Part shown: positions 53,752 through 59,446 of the stretch, piece after piece | Position numbering within the stretch: the first letter of the stretch is position 1 | Layout: every line of letters starts with the position of its first letter | Source: a virus | Direction: 5' to 3' (one strand) | Virus record (IMG/VR): IMGVR_UViG_3300037470_000624 | Location: 1-59,446 of that record | DNA length: 59,446 nt | Made by a program: the position numbers and the translations under genes | Notes under the pieces: model-generated | What the model saw: only the letters and a program-made list of their open reading frames with translations | What the model was told of the DNA's origin: nothing | Databases searched by the model: none

Positions 53752-54576
53752 CTACGCCCCCGACGCCAGCCGCAGGTAACGCGAACCTGCCCGCTCCGAC
53801 GCCTGTTCCCGAGCGCAGTGAGCGCACCCGGTCGGGTCGGTCGAGGTAGGCACCCACGGGTGAGAGCTGCACCGACCGGCAGGACCAGGAGGCGGTGCGG
53901 GGAGGTCGGTCGGCGGGCGGAACTGTCGAGCCACGGCGGGCCACCCTTCTTCGTCCACAGAGGAGGCTTCGCGCGTGGAACCGGTTACCGCTTGCGAAAC
54001 CACCTGCTCTTGGTTGTTGGGGTAGGTGGGTGGAGAGACGTAGGGGGGAATCCGGACCCCTATGGGCGCCTCGCTGGGTCCCAATGGGTCCGGTAGGGGA
54101 CCGTCACCCACCCCCAAAGTGTGCGCCTCGGAACCCAGTTTTTCCACAGGGGACGGTTCGACGATCGGCGGGTTGTCCACAACCTTGAGCTGACCCTTGC
54201 GCTTGGCGCGGATCGTTCGGGCCATGCCCTGAATCTCCGCCGGCATCGGGCACGCGACGTCGCCCAGGTAACCCGCCTCGTCCTGTTGCGGCACCACGAG
54301 TCGGTACTCGTCGGCGTGCGTCGAGGACCTGCCCCGGCCCGACCGGACCCGTTCGACGAGACCCACCTCGCGAAGCGTGCGCAGAGCCCCGGTGACGGTT
54401 TTCCAGTCGAGCTGCGTGTAAGCCACCAGCAGGGCGACGCCGGGGTGTGAGCGCGTGCCGTCCCGGTCGGCGTGCTTGGCAAGGCAGAACGCGACCAGCT
54501 TCGCGCTCGACCCGATACGGGCCCGGAGCGCCAGGTCCTGCCATTCCCACACGTTGAATTCGCAAACATCCTGCAT
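53752..54576 (-). CDS. Winged-helix DNA-binding protein (274 aa), replication-initiator/regulator candidate
   Basis: AKLVAFCLAKHADRDG..VAYTQLDWKTVTGALRTLREVGLVERV. First gene after the largest non-coding region. The upstream in-frame extension has low GC3. Confidence 0.55.
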   Translation of the reverse strand: MQDVCEFNVWEWQDLALRARIGSSAKLVAFCLAKHADRDGTRSHPGVALLVAYTQLDWKTVTGALRTLREVGLVERVRSGRGRSSTHADEYRLVVPQQDEAGYLGDVACPMPAEIQGMARTIRAKRKGQLKVVDNPPIVEPSPVEKLGSEAHTLGVGDGPLPDPLGPSEAPIGVRIPPYVSPPTYPNNQEQVVSQAVTGSTREASSVDEEGWPAVARQFRPPTDLPAPPPGPAGRCSSHPWVPTSTDPTGCAHCAREQASERAGSRYLRLASGA

Positions 54577-54611
54577 CTGACTAAACCCCTTAATTCGGGG
54601 TAGCTCGAATG

Positions 54612-54651
54612 GACGCAGGGGGGCAGGGTTCTGTATCCTTACCCCTGCGTC
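54612..54651 (-). other. Extended stem-loop in the leader/non-coding region
   Basis: gacgcagggg ... cccctgcgtc (10 bp) enclosing a further AGG/CCT pair. Confidence 0.5.
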
Positions 54652-54749
54652 ACTCACTCCGTGGCTGGAGCGAGAGAACGAACTACCCGAGTCGGTGAGT
54701 CGCATCGGGACGAGCTACAGAGTCTTTCTTCTGACAAGTGGAGACTTTA

Positions 54750-54782
54750 GGGGCCCGCCGGACTACTAGTCCAGCGGGCCCC
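54750..54782 (-). terminator. Near-palindromic hairpin after 54810..55268
   Basis: ggggcccgc-c-ggact / act / agtcc-a-gcgggcccc (9+5 bp). Confidence 0.6.
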
Positions 54783-54809
54783 ACTCGTTTACATCAGCCA
54801 CACGCGTAA

Positions 54810-55268
54810 CTAGTCGCGGCGACGCAGCCAGTAGGCCTCCTCGTGGTAGCCGAACCGTTCCCAGCCGTCCCGGCCGACGTGACGGTTGACCTCCCACCCG
54901 CCCCGGTCGTCCGGCGGATCGTTGCTACCCGTCCACGCCTTCCGCTGACCGGTCGTCGTGTAGTACTCGTAGTCGGGGTGGATGCGGTGCGAGTGCAGGA
55001 ACCCCTCCAGCCGGGCCCGCTCCGCAGCGTCCGTCTCGGCGTCGGTCGGTACCGCGGGTACCCAGCCGGTCCACCAGCAGCCCAGGCACGGCCCCACCCG
55101 GCACAGCACCAGCGGGCCGGGACGGTGCAGCCACAGCCACCGCAACCCGTGGAACAGCAGCCGCGGCTGGCCCGAGGATTTCCGGCACGGCTCGCCCGGT
55201 CGCGCGTTGCACGTCGAGGCAGGGCACTCCACCGTTGCCGGGTCGTCGTCCACCTTGCTGGGGGTCAT
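54810..55268 (-). CDS. Hypothetical protein with N-terminal zinc-finger-like motif (152 aa)
   Basis: ECPASTCNARPGEPC. ATGA overlap. Confidence 0.55.
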   Translation of the reverse strand: MTPSKVDDDPATVECPASTCNARPGEPCRKSSGQPRLLFHGLRWLWLHRPGPLVLCRVGPCLGCWWTGWVPAVPTDAETDAAERARLEGFLHSHRIHPDYEYYTTTGQRKAWTGSNDPPDDRGGWEVNRHVGRDGWERFGYHEEAYWLRRRD

Positions 55269-55879
55269 GAGCGGTCCTTTCTCGGTTCGGCGCCGCGCCT
55301 GGTGACGCGAACGTTGATCGGTCTGGTGAACGCCACCTTGGCCCACATGGCCGGGTGGAGGCGGAGCGATTCCTCGTGCGCCGGCCCGTCCACCCAACCC
55401 GTGCTGACGATGATGAGGCAGTCCGCCCGGGCGACGGGGACCAGCGCCAGGTCCTCGTCGCGCGTTCGGCGGATGAGGGCCGGGCATCGGTTGATCGCCA
55501 GGTCCGCGCACCGCTGGTCCAGCCACGGCTCGGTGAACGTCTCCACCATGCGGCCCTCGATGTCGACGTGGTCCGCGCTGATCGAGGACAGGATGAGGTA
55601 CCGGCGGGACCACGGGACCGGCCGAGCGCACACCTGGCACAACCCGCGGATCGTGCACTCCCGCTGGCGCTGGACAGACTGCTTCGTAAAGTCCGGGGCG
55701 CCGTCGAAGTCGTCCTCATCAAACACGCCGTGCATGCCGACGTTGTCATCCCACCGGACCGTGAGCCTGGACAGGTCCTCCTCGGCACCCCACCGGTTGA
55801 TGTACGGCACGGGGATGCCGCGCTTGTCTCGGCGGAGGTGGTCGAGCCACGGAGGGACCCACGCCGGGCCGGCGCTCAC
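55265..55879 (-). CDS. Hypothetical protein (204 aa)
   Basis: GTGA overlap. The non-repetitive part of a longer shadow ORF. Confidence 0.55.
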   Translation of the reverse strand: MSAGPAWVPPWLDHLRRDKRGIPVPYINRWGAEEDLSRLTVRWDDNVGMHGVFDEDDFDGAPDFTKQSVQRQRECTIRGLCQVCARPVPWSRRYLILSSISADHVDIEGRMVETFTEPWLDQRCADLAINRCPALIRRTRDEDLALVPVARADCLIIVSTGWVDGPAHEESLRLHPAMWAKVAFTRPINVRVTRRGAEPRKDRS

Positions 55880-56322
55880 CGGGACACCCTGGGCCGGCCG
55901 CCGGCGGACGGGCGGGGCACGTACCCGGCCGCGACGAGCGCCCGCTGGGCGGTCGACTTGCCGACTCCCAGCTCCGCGGCCACCTTCCACACCGGCATGC
56001 CCTGCTCGTACAGCTGTAGGGCGGCGGCCGGGTCGACCTGGGCGGACCGGACCTCCGCCGACCGGGCCGCGCCGCGGCGGCACTGCTCGGCGAACCCCGG
56101 CGCCGCAGCGCGACGCTGAGCGGCCGCCCGGAGCCGAGCCCGGTGCTCGGGGTCGCGGAGCAGCAGGGCCCGGGCCTGCGCCCTGCTGCGGACGACCGGG
56201 CCCAGATGACGCCAGATGGTCGTGCGGCCCCACGGGCTCTCGGACGCGATCTGGTCCAAGCTGCGGCCCGACCGGTACGCCCGGCGCCACTGAGCCACGA
56301 CCTCCTCCGGTACCCGCGTCAC
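55876..56322 (-). CDS. DNA-binding protein with two HTH-like segments (148 aa)
   Basis: SLDQIASESPWGRTTIWRHL and PVWKVAAELGVGKSTAQRAL. Confidence 0.5.
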   Translation of the reverse strand: MTRVPEEVVAQWRRAYRSGRSLDQIASESPWGRTTIWRHLGPVVRSRAQARALLLRDPEHRARLRAAAQRRAAAPGFAEQCRRGAARSAEVRSAQVDPAAALQLYEQGMPVWKVAAELGVGKSTAQRALVAAGYVPRPSAGGRPRVSR

Positions 56323-56990
56323 CGGGCACCCCGCATGATTTCCTTGAGTTCCTGCTGCGGGCACTCGTCGCCCGGGCCCAGCAGGAAGTTGTGCGCCTGG
56401 CACGGCCCCCCGTGGTCCCGTCGGCAGTCGTCCTCGTCGACGAGCCTGCGCAGGAGCCGCAGCGGCACCGGGACTTCACATCCCTCGACCAGCACGCGGG
56501 GGTGCGACGACTGCTCGTTGTGCAGCGGGCAGGCAGGGGCGGCGCCGACGGCATCGCCCGAGCAGACACAGTCACCGTGGATCGCGCACCAGGACGCGGT
56601 CACCCCCGTGCAGTAGGGCGTGCGGGCCCGTTCCATCGCGGCCGCGGCGACCTGCGCCGCCGGCGCGCGGCCTGGGCAGTAGAACCGCTCGACGGCAGGG
56701 ACTTGCACCGTCGGGTACGCCGGCCAGATGTGAGACGCGTGCCCCGGTACGCCGTCCGGGCAGTCGCGCCGGCGTAGGCCCACCTCGTCCGGATCCGCGC
56801 GCAGGAGGGTATAGAGGGGCATGCCGCTGTGCGCCGAGCGGCCGGTCGTGGTCCACGCGAAGTCGCCGCCCTCGTGAACCATGCTGCCGTACTGCGGATA
56901 CACGCGGTGCTCGCCCCGGACCTCGCACCGGATCGTTGCCCGCTCCCCGATCCACGCGACCGGGCAGCGCTGCTCGTCCTGCTCGGTCAT
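56319..56990 (-). CDS. Hypothetical Cys-rich protein (223 aa)
   Basis: ATGA overlap. Confidence 0.55.
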   Translation of the reverse strand: MTEQDEQRCPVAWIGERATIRCEVRGEHRVYPQYGSMVHEGGDFAWTTTGRSAHSGMPLYTLLRADPDEVGLRRRDCPDGVPGHASHIWPAYPTVQVPAVERFYCPGRAPAAQVAAAAMERARTPYCTGVTASWCAIHGDCVCSGDAVGAAPACPLHNEQSSHPRVLVEGCEVPVPLRLLRRLVDEDDCRRDHGGPCQAHNFLLGPGDECPQQELKEIMRGAR

Positions 56991-57319
56991 GACACGCCGC
57001 CCGTCTCGTCGGCGTACCGGTGGCACGCCACGCAGTAGCTTTCCCGCTGGTCCCCCGGGTGCGCAGACGTCTCCCCGCAGTGCGGACAGGTGTAGTGGAT
57101 GCGCAGGCCCTCGTACTCGACCTGCCCGAGCAGGGCCCGGTCAGTGTTGGCGCCGAACAGGACGACCTTGACCGGGCCGCTCCCCGACAGGGCCGATCCC
57201 AGCTCCTCCGGGTCCACGGTGATCGGCCCCTGGTGGCGTAGCTGGGAGATGTCCTCCGGGGTGAGCCCCACAGCGAGGCACACCTCCCCGGACGGCATTA
57301 GAGCTCGTGCGGTGATCAC
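56987..57319 (-). CDS. Hypothetical protein (110 aa)
   Basis: GTGA overlap. CPHCG..CVACH. Confidence 0.5.
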   Translation of the reverse strand: MITARALMPSGEVCLAVGLTPEDISQLRHQGPITVDPEELGSALSGSGPVKVVLFGANTDRALLGQVEYEGLRIHYTCPHCGETSAHPGDQRESYCVACHRYADETGGVS

Positions 57320-57909
57320 CTGTTCTCCAGACGTCGGCGGGGGAGCCCCCGGCGGATAGTGCGCTGCTCCTGGTCCCGGCGGAGGCGCATGACAGCGGCC
57401 CCGTCGACGAGCAACGCTCTCGGGTCCTGCAAGGTGTGGGTGAGGATCTGGCCGAACCGCACCATGTCCACTCCCAGCTCGCGCCTGACCGTGTCGTACT
57501 CCCGGCCGTCGCGGAGCATGTAGGGCAGGCGGTGCGCTGCGAAGTGGAGCACGGCCGCGGCCAGCTCGGTGAGTCCGTGGGCCAGCTCGACGGTGATGCG
57601 CCAGTACAGGCCGATGCGGCGGGCCCGGATGCGGCCGGTTCGGGCCCACCGCAGGATCGTGGAGCGGTGCTTGCCGAGGATCTTGGCCGCCTGGCCGGTG
57701 GACACCTCCCGGTGGGTGTCGCCGGTGGGGACACCGGACGGCGACGTCGCCTGACGCGCCTGGCGTCGGAGCCCTCGGGCGTGGATCTCGTCCCGCAGCT
57801 CGGCCGCGGTGGTGTCGACGTCGGGGTGGAGCAGCATGCGCGCGGGCCCGGTCAGGGGCGTCATGCGCTCGCGGCGGCGGGCGGGTGGGGTGGGTAGGGC
57901 AATGGTCAT
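57316..57909 (-). CDS. HTH DNA-binding protein (197 aa)
   Basis: VSTGQAAKILGKHRSTILRWARTGRIRA. Confidence 0.55.
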   Translation of the reverse strand: MTIALPTPPARRRERMTPLTGPARMLLHPDVDTTAAELRDEIHARGLRRQARQATSPSGVPTGDTHREVSTGQAAKILGKHRSTILRWARTGRIRARRIGLYWRITVELAHGLTELAAAVLHFAAHRLPYMLRDGREYDTVRRELGVDMVRFGQILTHTLQDPRALLVDGAAVMRLRRDQEQRTIRRGLPRRRLENR

Positions 57910-58005
57910 GGTGGGGTAGAGCCTCCGATTCCGCGGATGGGACGGGGAAAGCCCCGGTCCGACGCGCCCCCATTTGGTCGCTCGGCCCGAGGCTTCCCCC
58001 GTCGA

Positions 58006-58338
58006 CTAGCCCTGTCCGGTGGTCGAGTCCGGCAGGTACTGCGGTGCGTGCTTGGCAAGCCACACCGGGTCTACGAACACCGGGCGGCCGGTCTGGTGGG
58101 CCCAGCGCAGGATGGTCTCCACGCGCCACGCTTTCTTGCCGGACACGGTGCCGTCCGGCGGGGGCAGCACACCCCGCGTGGTCCACCGGTACCCGGTGTC
58201 GATCTGGCTGTGGTGGAACATCGCCATGAGTTCCAGATAGCCCACGACCCCGAGCGCGTCCGGGGTGAAGTACCAGCCCTCCGGGTGCTCGGTGTGCGCC
58301 TCGGCGGTAGCGATCACGTCGTCCTCCTCTCCTGGCAT
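58006..58338 (-). CDS. Hypothetical protein (110 aa), possible HTH
   Basis: KKAWRVETILRWAHQTGR. TGTACA boxes upstream at 58350..58355 and 58392..58397. Confidence 0.45.
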   Translation of the reverse strand: MPGEEDDVIATAEAHTEHPEGWYFTPDALGVVGYLELMAMFHHSQIDTGYRWTTRGVLPPPDGTVSGKKAWRVETILRWAHQTGRPVFVDPVWLAKHAPQYLPDSTTGQG

Positions 58339-58415
58339 TAGCCGTTCGGTGTACAGGTTCACAGTACACGCCCGGCCCGTGGGTGGGTGGGTGTACAACA
58401 CACTTCGCACGGTGA

Positions 58416-58442
58416 GGGCGTGACGCGAATCGCGTCACGCCC
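58416..58442 (-). terminator. Hairpin after 58449..58691
   Basis: gggcgtgacgcg / aat / cgcgtcacgccc (12 bp). Confidence 0.7.
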
Positions 58443-58448
58443 TACGCG

Positions 58449-58691
58449 TCACCCGCTGGGCGGGCACTGGTCCCACTCCTCGATCGCGACCTCCCGCCGC
58501 GCGTCGTAGAACGCCCGCATGGTGCGCAGCTCCTGGGCCTGCTCGTCGATGATCGCCCGGAGCCCGGCCCTCATGGCCTCGATCCAGTCGCACGAGCGGC
58601 GGTGCAGCTCCAGGACGCGCGGGTCGTCCGGGTCGACGCCGAACACGTCGGCGATTTCCAGGCGGATGCGGTGCCCGCTGACCGCGGTCAT
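58449..58691 (-). CDS. Hypothetical protein (80 aa)
   Basis: ATGA overlap. Confidence 0.5.
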   Translation of the reverse strand: MTAVSGHRIRLEIADVFGVDPDDPRVLELHRRSCDWIEAMRAGLRAIIDEQAQELRTMRAFYDARREVAIEEWDQCPPSG

Positions 58692-58963
58692 GACGCCGCC
58701 TCCACGATCGCCCGCTCCAGCTCCCACAGTCGGCTGCGTTTGGCGTCGGCCGCGGCGCCGCACGACGGGACGCCGGCGGGGGCAACGACCGGCTCGGCGA
58801 CCGGGCCCAGCTTGCCCGGGCCGATCATGGCGAGGATGAGAGCGATAGCGGCGCCGGCGAACAGGAGTGCGGCGGCCAGCGCCAGCGCTTTGACGTGCCG
58901 AGGGGCGAAGTCCTGCGGCGGGCGGGCGGCGCGTGCTGTGTTCTGCGGGCTGTGCTTGGCCAT
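58688..58963 (-). CDS. Membrane protein (91 aa)
   Basis: ATG after GGGAGGGAACCC. TM ALALAAALLFAGAAIALILAMIG. Confidence 0.55.
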   Translation of the reverse strand: MAKHSPQNTARAARPPQDFAPRHVKALALAAALLFAGAAIALILAMIGPGKLGPVAEPVVAPAGVPSCGAAADAKRSRLWELERAIVEAAS

Positions 58964-59004
58964 CGTGGGTTCCCTCCCGAGGTGTGGCCTGCTGTCGATG
59001 GGGG

Positions 59005-59037
59005 GCGGGCCCCCGGGGCGATCCCCCGGGGGCCCGC
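59005..59037 (-). terminator. Hairpin after the edge-spanning gene
   Basis: gcgggcccccgggg / cgatc / ccccgggggcccgc (14 bp). Confidence 0.7.
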
Positions 59038-59042
59038 AGGGC

Positions 59043-59446
59043 TCAGGTCTTCCGCTCGTGGTGCAGTCGCTCCAGCGCCTCCGACGCCATGAGGGCTTCG
59101 ACAAGAACGCCACAGGTGCCGCACCGCTCGTGAGGCTGTGCACCTTCCGGCATGTGCTCCTGCGCCAGCAGCAGCACGGCCTGCTCCACCCGGCCCAGGG
59201 TGAAGGCGGCCCGGTCGAGCAGGTCACGGCCACGCAGCGCCGCGACGGCGGCCTCCAGCCGCTCGGGGGAGAGGTCGAGCGCGGTGCCGGTGGCCCACAC
59301 GTTCGCGGCCCGCTCCGGAGCGGGACGGCCGGGGTAGCCGGCCATCGGGCCCGGGTCCACCAGGAACGTGCAGGAGGCGGTGCGGTTGTCCACCTCGTAC
59401 CCGATGGCGCTGGCGACCGTGGCAATGTCGCCGCGCTGCTCGATGG
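59043..59446 (-). CDS. 3' part of the edge-spanning gene (see 1..302)
   Basis: The ORF stays open upstream of the GTG at 59393 as far as the window end. It joins 1..302 through the 127-bp overlap. Confidence 0.7.
   Translation of the reverse strand, partial: IEQRGDIATVASAIGYEVDNRTASCTFLVDPGPMAGYPGRPAPERAANVWATGTALDLSPERLEAAVAALRGRDLLDRAAFTLGRVEQAVLLLAQEHMPEGAQPHERCGTCGVLVEALMASEALERLHHERKT
59320..59446. repeat. Terminal direct repeat, copy 2 (identical to 1..127)
   Basis: See copy 1. Confidence 0.95.

Noticed and set aside
54577-54705. Longer start (54705) for the winged-helix gene given by the ORF track.
   Set aside because: The extension uses many A/T-ending codons (agt, tct, gta, ata), unlike every confident gene here. 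It also contains a strong stem-loop. ATG 54576 has an AAGGGG SD.
59320-59446. Terminal repeat interpreted as a biological direct terminal repeat or LTR-like mobile-element boundary.
   Set aside because: The length is exactly 127 bp, it cuts through an otherwise intact ORF, and the rest of the window is a complete phage gene set. A circular-assembly overlap is the simpler reading. True ends cannot be decided from the sequence alone.
1-59446. tRNA, rRNA, integrase/attP and toxin-antitoxin searches by eye.
   Set aside because: I found no cloverleaf-compatible ~75-nt non-coding segment. All gaps longer than 90 bp are accounted for by hairpins or promoters. I also found no tyrosine or serine recombinase motifs. 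These absences are by inspection only and should be confirmed with tRNAscan-SE/ARAGORN and profile searches.

Overview
The window closes on itself. Bases 1..127 are identical to 59320..59446, so it is one complete, circularly assembled replicon of 59,319 unique bp. It is visibly very GC-rich (not computed) and is organised like a siphovirus-type actinobacteriophage. I call about 88 CDS, and all but three are on the minus strand. Genes are tightly packed, with many GTGA/ATGA start-stop overlaps and frequent GTG starts. Reading along the minus strand, the modules are as follows. (1) An early region of small genes (about 59.4 to 36.4 kb) with HTH proteins, an HNH endonuclease, a ParB-like protein, a DnaQ-like exonuclease and membrane proteins. 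(2) A folE-queE-queD-(T-fold-like ORF)-dpdA 7-deazaguanine operon at 42.3-45.5 kb. (3) terS-terL, two membrane ORFs, the portal and a MuF/prohead-protease fusion. (4) Two small genes, each insulated by its own promoter and terminator. (5) The only plus-strand genes, a three-gene glycosyltransferase-like cassette at 25.0-27.1 kb. (6) The major capsid protein with an N-terminal scaffold-like domain, connector genes, chaperone-position ORFs, a 1031-aa tape measure and minor tail proteins. (7) A small accessory island with a DUF2829/Tad2-like ORF, a lipoprotein and a RyR-domain ORF. (8) queC plus a second TGT/DpdA-like ORF. (9) Two paralogous tail fibres, two membrane/coiled-coil proteins (one collagen-like), an amidase endolysin and a holin-like protein. 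Two families of repeated intergenic signals are visible. One is an early-type TGTACA(-35)/TAnnnT(-10) promoter family with GTGTG..CACAC inverted repeats. The other is a late-type TAGGCT box followed by a conserved 19-nt leader in front of five structural genes. Many GC-rich hairpin terminators are also present. I found no tRNA, rRNA, CRISPR array, integrase, repressor, DNA polymerase, primase or helicase. All functional calls rest on motif and architecture recognition by eye and from memory. No database search was run.
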